64,000 nt of DNA. Source: Eubacteriales bacterium (GTDB taxonomy: Bacteria; Bacillota; Clostridia; Oscillospirales; CAG-382). Made by a program: the position numbers and the translations under genes. Location of the stretch: positions 2,806 through 66,805 of the forward strand of contig JAZSQJ010000038.1 in NCBI GenBank assembly GCA_045537905.1, written 5' to 3'. Of this stretch, positions 27,401 to 35,400 are shown piece by piece. Each line of letters opens with the position of its first letter. The stretch's first letter is position 1. A model generated the notes under the pieces. That model was given only the letters and a program-made list of their open reading frames with translations, searched no databases and was not told the DNA's origin.

Positions 27401-27545
27401 CGAGGTTCACCGTGTTGTATACGGAGCATCCGTCTCCAACAACAAGTGGCTTACCCATAACACCGACGCAACTGCAAACGTTCCGACTCTTACCGCTGTG
27501 GCAGCCTTTGATATGGCGGAGGCAAAACGGGCGTACGTGCTGTAA
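21489..27545 (+). CDS. Giant (2018 aa) secreted parallel-beta-helix protein with polymorphic-membrane-protein-type GGxIY repeats, an inserted discoidin/galactose-binding-like domain and a C-terminal prealbumin/Cna-B-like domain
   Basis: ATG 21489 after GGAGG. Signal peptide MKKTRFTAIFLCLTTLFALFTGGVYA. Dozens of GGAIY/GGGVY/GGGMY/GGGIY units spaced ~20-30 aa apart. The non-repeat insert ~22989..23530 (..RLVDGNAKFYA..AYIVFDYGENKPITLTSIKIYMF..RYLILKFNKNTSWLFCSDIEINGY) is F5/8-C-like. The C-terminus reads GSITITAPTV..LLPGNYTVSFEGGWSWRY. No LPXTG motif or dockerin seen. Confidence 0.85.
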   Translation: MKKTRFTAIFLCLTTLFALFTGGVYAQNGESVYIEETTLVIKDGKVISGDKSLIDSGIVVIGDDASEGAPSADEVLSADTEDGSAQASPTEDSFTEETEEADKESARAPVKDNSAVVGAVDKDEADNAADTIVTPPDIAPNAINPDVPTISAKDYRYLGAGNYCLGYDTDILSDFGTLYWSPLLLAEVQMVKHPEDPNLAMINYQTTDYYSGDGGPVTICRDRQTGYTGMMFDVEANKTFKLTGTSTNKITVSAKSNARSSTISLSTVNASVPMFRVKGTNAVLEMNYVIIQDSRSSGNGAGIYVGASGHAKLTNCTINDCDTTANGGAIYVENGGRLTLNAVTIQNCNAANGGAIYLAGSATLSFTNVKIIKNSATNGGGMYINNGFSATVSDTDDLVIGGSDANKNTATKGGGVYVNSGTVTLNNVQVTYNTASVENGSGGGMYIAGGNVTVNGSSKINNNTAYNHGGAIRVAGGSLTVSGNSQVNNNKLEQYVEPATVNLSSGAKYKGVGNIFTSNGYGENGTWTSYHTNGRLVDGNAKFYASTCVYFGQGSNTAYIVFDYGENKPITLTSIKIYMFNGNGVNKAMSTSIYYPNSIVAYLSDSEVYSSVTDNDKVGNFTPNNSTETTLGSEGLSNYFLNRKEYTLTSSSDKSGRYLILKFNKNTSWLFCSDIEINGYYTPKPVAATTYGGGIYNEGQATVSNGTVSANTATYGGGVYNTGSLGISGGTIGSNVNSTQGGGVYNTGSVTMSGGTISNNTVTAHGGGVRIDDGASFVMTGGTISGNKAGTGGYGGAIHSGTGAVFSMSDGTISGNQANVGAGIATGGSTITLSGGTVTGNTATLNGGGVYLNTNSHVTLSGATVSSNTANSTTEGGGGFWVHGGTLTVSSGTVTGNTGFMGGGIYAVENNAVRGTLEITGGTISNNNATCGGDGGGGGIYARQSDVTIGAKGSTVGPAITGNGGNRGSLSTAAYDGGAIYCTGSDITINSGEITNNRGAHSALYFVGTVQATMNGGKISNNSDGGVFLNGVNVDFIMNGGEISGNTLGKTGLSHGSQNYGGAGICSYNGADVTINGGKISGNTNYKSSDITTEDFDSIKNGGGIAMIRKTTSNPVGILAVTGGEISGNESVNGNGGGIYVEEGGTLNINAAAGKTATVSGNEAVFGGGVYINGTGADTKLYINGAGVSGNSATAGGGGGIYMYSCKGIDTTAITVTNSVFDDNHAKGEGYDGGGIYCSYADLDLSNSVISDNTATEGKGGKNGGGVYFDREYTLTVNGCQFNGNQAYGWGGGMYLCNKAEGTVRDCTFDGNVARQFGGAILVYNTVDLSVSNSYFGNNKAYIEGETTETGGSGGAIGITDDPGRKSTLTLSDSYIGYLPVQTASGDGSLTVAPNEAYYWGGGLCVNANCEATISGNLYVCNNEAGNNGGGMFFANGSTISFGTGTYTVSNNSAEQDGGGIWTATDLTVSNLTLEGNNAARNGGGMYVSGDTNADISYTSFDSNQATNGSGGGLATADTASATAEYTLFGKNQAANGGGVAVLGASSVELINSKVGCLLKADAEDLDDVDPAPNCATTQGGGIFVAEGSTVSFHGNVPVCNNRAGYDAGYILVSNGAKGGGMYFAAGSTVVFGESATDIVTVSDNVATEGGGGIYTAQSFDVYNLIMTNNKAASGGGVYVDNATVNIDNTGRGETYQISHNEATNGNGGGILVTGENGSLTFKNGYVKGNTANGSFNGGTAKVASTEVNGTGGGVAVFDGGSFALTGGAIYGNTASVAGNDVFANGLDTKLTLPAPNAMTVSDDNYKNGLWWEDYMAGDTSYASGLNGDSRLVDRYAKLPVSVRAYTSTAEGQSPSGQYINTDGEFVSITFNVKKYTTGSITITAPTVADKSQLFVFTLEGESNYGDNISLSVSLGQGETVTVAELLPGNYTVSFEGGWSWRYSLTSTNLDGVSKGTAKSVAVTIVGENVGEVHRVVYGASVSNNKWLTHNTDATANVPTLTAVAAFDMAEAKRAYVL

Positions 27546-27600
27546 TAAAAGTTAATAAATAAAGGCACCGTTTCATTATAACGAAGCCTTAAACACAACA

Positions 27601-27644
27601 AACCACCCTCGAATAAGACTTAAAACGCTTATTCGAGGGTGGTT
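27601..27644. terminator. Bidirectional hairpin terminator between convergent genes
   Basis: AACCACCCTCGAATAAG (10-nt loop) CTTATTCGAGGGTGGTT, a 17-bp perfect stem. Confidence 0.75.
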
Positions 27645-27651
27645 TTGATGT

Positions 27652-28608
27652 CTATTTAATTTTGTTGTATGCCTCCCGCAGATCCATTATAACTATGTCG
27701 TCAAGTATATCGTCAAGCTCTATAGCTTTCTTGGACTTAAAAAAATCTATGGTGAAAACGTAGCGGTTAAAAATGAAGTTGATATATTTTATACCGTTGC
27801 CGTCATTTTCGTCCACGTATACCTCTACGTCGATATACTCATCGGTTATTTGGTTGTACATTTTAACCGTTTGTATGTTTTCGGACTTAAAATCCCGTCC
27901 CATTGCCGCCCAACAATCGGAAATGGTGCCAAGGGTTGCTTGGTAGTGTTTATTATACTCTGACAAGCGGGCAACGTGCATACTTACTGTTACGTCTTCG
28001 AGATTGTAACGGATACCATACCAAACTCCGCCATTTTCTTCCGTCCAGTCGTCGCCTACGGGTTTAGAACAATCAACGCCGTTGTTCTGCACGTTCATCG
28101 AGCGTCCCCGTATTCTTATCGTATAAAAGTCGGTTTCGGTAAAAGGCTTATGAAACAGTTCGGCATCAAACAACTCGTAAATGCTTACTTCCTCGCCTCC
28201 ATACGTGGAGGGGGTTTTCAAATCGCTTGTTCCGTCCAGCCACTTTTCAAGCTCCGAAAAGGGTATCCTTGCAGTTTCAGCTACAGGGGTAAAATCTGCA
28301 AAATATTCGTAATTGTATTCAAAATCAAAATACGCCAGTGCGTCCTCTTTTGTAAAATCAAGGCCGGCATCCTCGGAGGACACGGGCTCTTCTGTCGTTT
28401 CGGCACCTTCAAGGCTGCCGTCCTCCTCGTCGGGTAGAGAGGCGGAAGAGGCATCTTCGTTGCTTGAGCTCCCTTCCGAGGAGCCTTGCTCTTGACTTGC
28501 TATAGCCTCCTCAGACGTATTCGGCTTGTCTGTGTTTTTGTTGCCGCACCCCGCACAAAGGGACAAAACCGTGCTGAGTGTAAGCAAAAACAATAAGTAT
28601 TTTTTCAT
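27652..28608 (-). CDS. Hypothetical lipoprotein with acidic Ser/Glu-rich linker
   Basis: Start chosen at internal Met (MKKYLLFLLTLSTVLSLCAG|C lipobox) after AAGGAGGAAAA. The track start 28674 adds 22 aa with no RBS. Confidence 0.7.
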   Translation of the reverse strand: MKKYLLFLLTLSTVLSLCAGCGNKNTDKPNTSEEAIASQEQGSSEGSSSNEDASSASLPDEEDGSLEGAETTEEPVSSEDAGLDFTKEDALAYFDFEYNYEYFADFTPVAETARIPFSELEKWLDGTSDLKTPSTYGGEEVSIYELFDAELFHKPFTETDFYTIRIRGRSMNVQNNGVDCSKPVGDDWTEENGGVWYGIRYNLEDVTVSMHVARLSEYNKHYQATLGTISDCWAAMGRDFKSENIQTVKMYNQITDEYIDVEVYVDENDGNGIKYINFIFNRYVFTIDFFKSKKAIELDDILDDIVIMDLREAYNKIK

Positions 28609-28802
28609 TTTTTCCTCCTTATTGACCTTTTTAGGTATGGCAAAATAAAGAAAAAAGCCATTCTTGTTACACATATTATACGGCTAAAGCTTTGTTTTTT
28701 GTACAATTATTTTGCTTTTTTCAAAAGTTTGGCGTTTTTTACAAAACAAAAAGACTCTTTTTGTTTGTAATTAACAAGAACCGTGGTTTTTTCCGTAATG
28801 GA

Positions 28803-28831
28803 TTGAAAATGCTTGGGCTTCGTGTTATAGT
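28803..28831 (+). promoter_or_regulatory. Sigma-A-type promoter
   Basis: TTGAAA (28803..28808), 17 nt, TGtTATAGT (28823..28831). Confidence 0.5.
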
Positions 28832-28861
28832 AGGGAAAAGACGATAAAAAGGGTGTTGATT

Positions 28862-29746
28862 ATGAAGCTTTACGCACCGTCCTACTACAAAAGCTTTGTA
28901 TGCATTGCGGACAAATGCGAGCATAGCTGCTGTATCGGTTGGGAAATAGATATAGACGGCGGAACCTTAGAAAAATACAAAGGCCTTAAAACCGGCTACG
29001 GCACTGCCATAACGGAAAGCGTGTCTACGGAGGGCAATCCCCATTTCAGGCTTTGCGCAGGTGACAGATGCCCCCATCTTGACGAAAATGGGCTGTGCAA
29101 AATCATACTGAACCTGGGGGAGGACTGGCTTTGCGGTATTTGCCGTGAGCACCCACGCTTTTATAACTACACAGGTCTTGCCGAGGTGGGTCTGGGTATG
29201 TCCTGCAGGGAGGCGGCAAGGCTTATACTGTCCTCCCCGGATTACGACGTGTTTGAGGAGATAGGCGAGCTTGACGCTGCTGAGGACGCTTTCTTGTTTG
29301 ACGGACGGGCAGAACGGGAAAGAGTATACAAAATATTAAAGGACAAAAGCACGGACTATAAATCCGTACTTGAGAGGATATATCGGGAATACGGCATAGA
29401 GCAGGGAGACGATAGGGAATGGCTTGCAGTGATAGAGTCCCTTGAATATCTGGACGACACCCACAAGGAGCTGTTTATGAGCTATTCCTCGGCAAAGCGT
29501 CCCTCTGTCGGGGAGGAGTATCTGGAAAGAGCCTTGGCGTATTTCGTCTACCGACACTGTACCGAGGCATACGATAAGGAGGATTTTTGTGTACGCCTTG
29601 CTTTTTGTCTGTTGCTGGAGCGGCTTTTGGCGTCGCTGATGTGCTACCGCGGGGCAGAGACCTTGGAGAAGGTTGCGGTTTTGGCAAGCATAGTCTCGGA
29701 GGAAATAGAGTATTCCGAGGACAACACCGAGGCGTTGATGCTTTGA
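28862..29746 (+). CDS. FliB-family Cys-cluster protein (flagellin lysine-N-methylase-like)
   Basis: YYKSFVCIADKCEHSCCIGWEIDIDGGTLEKYKGL...CPHLDENGLCKIILNLGEDWLCGICREHPRF follows the FliB pattern F.C.G..C...CC.GW.I.LD....KY ... CP.LDE..LC......G...L...C..FPR. Confidence 0.7.
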   Translation: MKLYAPSYYKSFVCIADKCEHSCCIGWEIDIDGGTLEKYKGLKTGYGTAITESVSTEGNPHFRLCAGDRCPHLDENGLCKIILNLGEDWLCGICREHPRFYNYTGLAEVGLGMSCREAARLILSSPDYDVFEEIGELDAAEDAFLFDGRAERERVYKILKDKSTDYKSVLERIYREYGIEQGDDREWLAVIESLEYLDDTHKELFMSYSSAKRPSVGEEYLERALAYFVYRHCTEAYDKEDFCVRLAFCLLLERLLASLMCYRGAETLEKVAVLASIVSEEIEYSEDNTEALML

Positions 29747-29786
29747 TGTAATAGGGGCCGTCAGGCGAAAGACTGTCTCCGGTTGC

Positions 29787-29815
29787 TTGACAATTATTGT
29801 AGATAATAGTATAAT
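29787..29815 (+). promoter_or_regulatory. Consensus sigma-A promoter heading the ten-gene operon
   Basis: TTGACA (29787..29792), 17 nt, TATAAT (29810..29815). Lies ~300 nt upstream of the ATG at 30113. Confidence 0.6.
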
Positions 29816-30112
29816 AAACCGTGAAAAAAAGGGTTGTTTTACACTTCTATAGGATATATAATCGGTTTTTTCATAGAAAATCAGCCAAACGGGTGCGGTT
29901 TTAATTGAAACTTCAAAACAGTACGGTAAAAAGAGTCTTTTAATCAGAGCAAAAACAAAGCAAAAGGGTAAAGCGTTACAAAAAATGCAACTCGAGTATT
30001 TGTGATAAAAGCTGTGAAAAAAGGCGCTTTTTGTCTTTTTATACATATTACGGAGCGTAAGGCTTTAGAAGCCTTATATTTGAGGCTTCACGACGAAAAA
30101 GGAGGGCGGATT

Positions 30113-31357
30113 ATGAATTTTGATTTTCTAAACACAACGGATTTTGAAAGCAAATACAGGGGCGAGCTTATATCAAACGCTTTGAAATCGGAGGTGTATG
30201 CAAGAATTGACCCCGGTGCGTCTCTTGCGGCGTCCCGTATGGTGCTGGAGGCTTTGATAAAAGGCATTTTGGAGGGACACAAGGAAACAAAAAGAACGTA
30301 TGATCCTCTTTACAAAATGATTGATTTCTGTCAGGAAAAAGGGTATATTTCCGCAGAAGACCACCATAAAGTTGTAAACAGCATCAGAAAAAACGGCAAT
30401 CTGGGGCATCATATCAATTCGCTGAATCTGAGAGTGCCCACGGAGGGGAACGTAGAGCTGGCTTTTACCGTGCTTAAAGATTTGTTTGCCCTATTGAAAA
30501 GCCATTTTTCAATAGACCGTGACTTTGATGAGGACGGAGTTCCCTTTGAAGGCTATGAAGTGATAAGAAAAGTTAAAAAATCCGAGAGGGAAGTAATTGT
30601 TGGCGAGTACAATTATTTTGTAAGGGCAGCAGATGGAGACGAATACTACCTACAGCTTGTTCCACGCTTCGGTGACGAAGACGAAATGGCTTTGGTAAGA
30701 AGAAGCGAGGAGGCACGGGTTGCTATAAAGGAGTCTTTTTTTGCACCCCGTTATTACCATATAACGAACATGGACATTATAGACGCTCCCTTCAGAATAG
30801 TGCTGTATCCTGTTAAAAAGGACTCTTTTCTTCTTTCTGAAAACAAAAAGGTTTTTAGCAAAAAAGATCTTCTTGACATCGGGCTTGGTATTGTTCGTGC
30901 TTTGAAGGAGCTTAAGGAAGCTAGGCAAGGAATATATCACCGTAATATCAATCCCGGTTGCGTTGTTATAGTTCCTTTTAACGGTATGTATTACGCCGTC
31001 CCCGTAAATTTGCAGACGGCAAAAATCCAAAACAGCGACCTTACCGTTATGCCGCAAATAAACCTGAACAACAATTCTTATATCCCCGAGGACGTATGGG
31101 GAATGAAAACGGAGGATGTGTTAAGGGTGGATTGGGAAAAGGTAGAGGTCTACTCTGTAGCAAAAACCGTTCTGTACGCCTTCGATCCCAAGCTGGCAAT
31201 AGACAAAGTTCCCACGTCTAAGGCTTTGGCACAGATGAGCAGAAAGGGCTATTCCGTTGACTTTCTGGACTTTTTCAAAAACATTTTAGACGGGGATCAC
31301 AGCAACAATCCCAGCTTGGATGAAATGGAGCAGGTGTTTCTCGACGAGCTTAAATAA
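30113..31357 (+). CDS. DUF4145-like N-terminal domain fused to a degenerate protein-kinase-like domain (predicted pseudokinase)
   Basis: ATG 30113 after AAAGGAGGG; track start 30002 rejected. N-domain: ASLAASRMVLEALIKGIL...VVNSIRKNGNLGHH (DUF4145-type R..GN..H). Kinase-like C-domain: GIYHRNINPGCVVI (HRN 30938..30946 where kinases have HRD), no DFG (VPVNLQ), YIPEDV in place of APE, then VDWEKVEVYSVAKTVLYAF. Confidence 0.75.
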   Translation: MNFDFLNTTDFESKYRGELISNALKSEVYARIDPGASLAASRMVLEALIKGILEGHKETKRTYDPLYKMIDFCQEKGYISAEDHHKVVNSIRKNGNLGHHINSLNLRVPTEGNVELAFTVLKDLFALLKSHFSIDRDFDEDGVPFEGYEVIRKVKKSEREVIVGEYNYFVRAADGDEYYLQLVPRFGDEDEMALVRRSEEARVAIKESFFAPRYYHITNMDIIDAPFRIVLYPVKKDSFLLSENKKVFSKKDLLDIGLGIVRALKELKEARQGIYHRNINPGCVVIVPFNGMYYAVPVNLQTAKIQNSDLTVMPQINLNNNSYIPEDVWGMKTEDVLRVDWEKVEVYSVAKTVLYAFDPKLAIDKVPTSKALAQMSRKGYSVDFLDFFKNILDGDHSNNPSLDEMEQVFLDELK

Positions 31358-31370
31358 TCGGGAGAGAAAA

Positions 31371-32231
31371 ATGGAAAAACGCAAAACAGAAAAAATCATT
31401 TACAATAATGAGGAAACAAATACCCTTTGCAGCTTTGCCGTGGACCGGGAATACGGAGAGTGCTTTGTAAAGGTTTTCAATTACGGTAGGTTTTCCCAGC
31501 GAAAGCAACGGGAGTCTTGCCTTGCTTTGGCAAAAAGCGAGGCGAAAACGCTATGCGAGCTTTCCGAAATTTCCGCTTTGGCAGGTAAGGTACCCGCCTT
31601 GTATGAGCACTATGACAACAAAGCCAAGGGTCAGTACGTTATAGTTATGGAAAAGATGAAGGGGAAGACCTTAAGAGAGTGGATGGGCGATCACCCTGCG
31701 TCCGCTATGGATCAGAAGGGATTTTACGCCAGACGGAAAATCGTTCAGCAGATATGCGAGATAATGCGGACTATAAATAAAAGACATTCCAGGATAGTAC
31801 ACCGTGACCTGAAGCCCGAAAACGTTATTATCCGTATGGAGGATAAGCGTTGGAAGGTAGCGGTGATAGATTTTGGCTGTGCAGGTCTTAATTTTGCCAG
31901 GAAGCTGGGAACAAGAAGCTATTGCGCGCCCGAACAGCATCCAAGCTATTGTGAAAGCCTTTCAACAAATTACGGTGCGCATACCGATATATTTGCCATA
32001 GGTCAGATTTATTACGAGCTTTTGCTGGGGGAGGCACAAGCCTTTGGCGTGCATTACGTGAAAAGCAGAGGAAGGGCTGAATGGGAAAAACGGCCGTGTC
32101 TTAGCGAGGCTTTGCAGAAAATGCCCGGTGGAAAAGATATAGACAATCTTCTGAAGAGGATGACGGAATTTGACCCTGAATGCAGGAAGTATGAAATAAG
32201 CTACGACAGAATTATTTCGGTGTTGAAATAG
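31371..32231 (+). CDS. Ser/Thr protein kinase (Hanks-type catalytic core intact)
   Basis: ATG 31371 after GGGAGAGAAAA. GECFVKVF (beta-3 Lys), IVHRDLKPENVII (HRD 31800..31808), VIDFGCAG (DFG 31869..31877), GTRSYCAPEQ, DIFAIGQIYYELLLG. No canonical GxGxxG loop. Confidence 0.88.
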   Translation: MEKRKTEKIIYNNEETNTLCSFAVDREYGECFVKVFNYGRFSQRKQRESCLALAKSEAKTLCELSEISALAGKVPALYEHYDNKAKGQYVIVMEKMKGKTLREWMGDHPASAMDQKGFYARRKIVQQICEIMRTINKRHSRIVHRDLKPENVIIRMEDKRWKVAVIDFGCAGLNFARKLGTRSYCAPEQHPSYCESLSTNYGAHTDIFAIGQIYYELLLGEAQAFGVHYVKSRGRAEWEKRPCLSEALQKMPGGKDIDNLLKRMTEFDPECRKYEISYDRIISVLK

Positions 32232-32243
32232 GAGGCGTTGTGA

Positions 32244-32411
32244 ATGAGCGATAGGGTACGAAGTCTTTTTACAGACGAGGAATGGAAGCTTTTGACGGAA
32301 GCGGACGAGAGACTTTGTTATAGGGCGGAGGCGTTGCCCTTATCCGGAAATACCGACAAGGAAAGGATTTGCGAAGCTAATGAGTCTATTGCAGTTGCAA
32401 CCACAAAATAG
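32244..32411 (+). CDS. Small acidic ORF, 55 aa (not in ORF track)
   Basis: AGGAGG RBS 8 nt upstream of ATG 32244. Translation: MSDRVRSLFTDEEWKLLTEADERLCYRAEALPLSGNTDKERICEANESIAVATTK. TAG at 32409..32411. Overlaps the first candidate helicase start by 32 nt. Confidence 0.5.
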   Translation: MSDRVRSLFTDEEWKLLTEADERLCYRAEALPLSGNTDKERICEANESIAVATTK

Positions 32412-35400
32412 CTATAAGGTATTAACCACTCCGTTTGTTATATATATTACAGAAAAAATGTCCATCGACAAGGTGGATAAAGTGGTTGATGTTTTAGGAA
32501 AACGGAAGCACCTTTCTTTTTGCATAGAAAAAAACAGGAAAACAGGCGATACCAGGTGTGTTCTTACCGACCGCAAGTTTTGTATGAATCTTGCCCTTAG
32601 CTATGACAACAGAAACTTTTCCGTATGCTGGATAAGCAACGACAAACGAACTCTTGACAAGTACAATAAGCCCGGCTTGGACTTGTTTCTCGTGGAGCTA
32701 AAAGGCGGCATTAAGATTATTTATGCCAACAAAATGTATTATAACAGTGCCAAACCCGATATCTTCGGTGACGATTGGAAGATGGACCGGGCAGACTTTG
32801 ACGATGTTGTAAGTCGAATGGAGCGTCATTATGCCCTTGGCGGTTTTGTTGACGAAAAAGACGAAAAAAGCAAAATCAAGCTCAGAAAACCCGGCTACTT
32901 TTTTGAAGCAGAGGTTATGGCGCCTTTTAAGGCTTACACAGAAAAGGAGCGCAAGGTTGCGGAGGATAAGGCAGGCAGCGGAGATGGCGTAGGCTTTTAC
33001 AATAGTGCCTTTGCCTATCACGTCGGCAAGGGGACTACCTACGTTTTCTATTCCAACGATCCTGCCGCCAACCCGGAAAAGCCTCTTCTTAAGGAAGGGG
33101 ATATGGTTACTCTTTACGATTTGAATGATAAGCTTTGTCAAACGGGAAGGATATCGGAGATCGACGCCGACTCAGAGGAAAGCGTTAAGTTTTATATAGG
33201 CTTTCTTTTTCAGACCAACGACGTGGAGATACCAAGAAATGGCAAGATGGTTCTGGCACATAACGATACCCAGGACAAGGTTCGCGAGAGGGTAATAAGA
33301 GGCATTAGCTCCGGCAAGGTCAAAGCTCAGTATATGTACGACGTATTTGAGACCTTCAGCGGAGAGGGATATTTCACTGCCGACTACAGGGACCAACGGG
33401 AACAAAGCCCTGTGGAGCAGGGGAAGGTGCAAGCAGACCTTGCAGCTTTTCTTGACGGACTGCTGAAGGAAACGGACAAAAAAGGCGGCCCTCAGTATCC
33501 CCCAAACGAGATGCAGATGGAGGCAATAATAAAGGGCATTCTTACAAAGGATATGCTTTTGGTTCTGGGCCCTCCCGGCACGGGTAAAACCACCGTTATT
33601 ACCGCCTGGGTGGATTATTTTGTAAGGAAGGGGATGCGTGTACTAATCTCATCGCAAAATAACGCCGCCGTGGATAACGTGTTGTGCCGTGTTGGCGAGG
33701 ACGTAAACGTGGTGCGTCTGGCGGGAGACGAAAAAAAGGTTCAGGAAAACTGCCGCGGGTTTATGCCTATGCATAAGCAAAAAGATATGCAAGCGAAGTG
33801 CCAAACCAACAACGACAAAATATTGTCCCTGCTGAAAGCCGATCTGGAAGTCATAAGCCAACGCAAAAAGCGTCTGGAAGAATATTTGAGACTTATAAGC
33901 CATTGCAAGGAAAAGAAAGAGGCGTTTGAAAAGGACAGAAACCTGGTTTTATATCAAATGGACGGCGTGGTAACCTATGACGGAAAAATTAAACACTGTC
34001 TGTCTGAGATTGACCGACTGGTGGAGGAAAGAGCACATAAGCAGATTTTTATTGAGGAAAACAAAAAGAAAAACTTTTTAGTAAGGCTTTTTACCAAACG
34101 CTACGTAAAGCGTGCGACGAAGGAGCTAAAAAGCACCGAGCAGGCTTTGAGGGAAACCGTGACGGAGTACGAGGCAAGCGTAAATGGTTACAACAAGAAA
34201 GTGGAAGCGCTTAAGCTGCAGATAGAGCAGGCAAGGAAAAACGGTTACTACCGTTTATACCTGGAGTCAAGCCGTTCTCTCGAAAGCTTTGCCTCTGAGC
34301 ACATCGTTGCCCGGGACGAGGATAAAAACGTGTCTGTTATCGGCATCAGCTTAAACAGCGAGCTGGGCTCTTTGTATGAAAGCTTTGATTACAGTCCCGA
34401 TTCCACGAAGAACGAAAGCACGGCCAATAAAGAGATATCGCATCTTATTTCTTTGGAGAAATCAGCGGCGGCTTTGAAGAAAGCCGTTACAGAGTGGCAA
34501 GTGGCTATTGAGAATGGCGGTAACGAGATATTTGAGGAAATGCTTATTTCCACCTGTCAGGTTGTTGGTGCAACCTGTATCGGCATAAACTCCAACAAAA
34601 AATTTGCTGAGGTGGATTTTGACGTGGCTATCGTTGACGAGTCGGGACAGATTCAGATTCACAACGCTCTCGTTCCCCTCAGCAGAGCGCCCAAGGCGTT
34701 GATGCTGGGCGACTATAAGCAAATCCCCCCCTGTGCCAACGAGGAGGTTTTAAGCGCTTGTGAAAACGAGGGTATAGATACAAAGCTTCTTAACGAAAGC
34801 TTCTTTGAGTTTGTGTTTGAAAAGATGCGTGAAGAGGAAATCGAAAGGTTTATCGAAGAAGCGAGAGAAGGCGGAAGCGAAGACGCCGAAATAAGCGAGG
34901 AAAAAGAGCTTGCCTTAAGGCGTGAAGCCAAGGCAAAGCTGTTAGCCCCGGTTTTAACGGAATACAATCCCAAGCATTACCGCTCCTTAAGCACGGAGGA
35001 AGAAAAACGGCAGTATCTTAAAAACATGGTTGCAACTATCGTTACCGACGATAAAAGGATCGTCAACCTTAACAGCCAGTTCAGAATGCCGGGTAACATC
35101 TCCGACGTTATTTCCGAGTGGTTTTATGAAAGCAATTACTACTCAAGCTATGCTATGAGCAGATTTGCACCCGTACTGCCTAATACGGAAAAGCCTATGG
35201 TAGTAGTAAATACCGCAAATTTCAGCTCCAGGTTTGAGGGTCAACCCGATAATAAGCTGGGTTACTTCAACAAATACGAGGCAGGCTTGGTAGCGGATAT
35301 CATAGAACAGGTTATAAACAGTCTGCCCGAGGAAAACCGAAGCGAATACGTGGAAAGAATCGAAGACAAGGTAGGTGTTATATCTGCATACGGTGCCCAG

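Noticed and set aside
34725-34731. C7 tract inside the helicase gene (QIPPC) as a frameshift or phase-variation site
   Set aside because: The tract is short, encodes the conserved Pro-Pro of the helicase motif region, and the reading frame is intact. There is no evidence for a switch.
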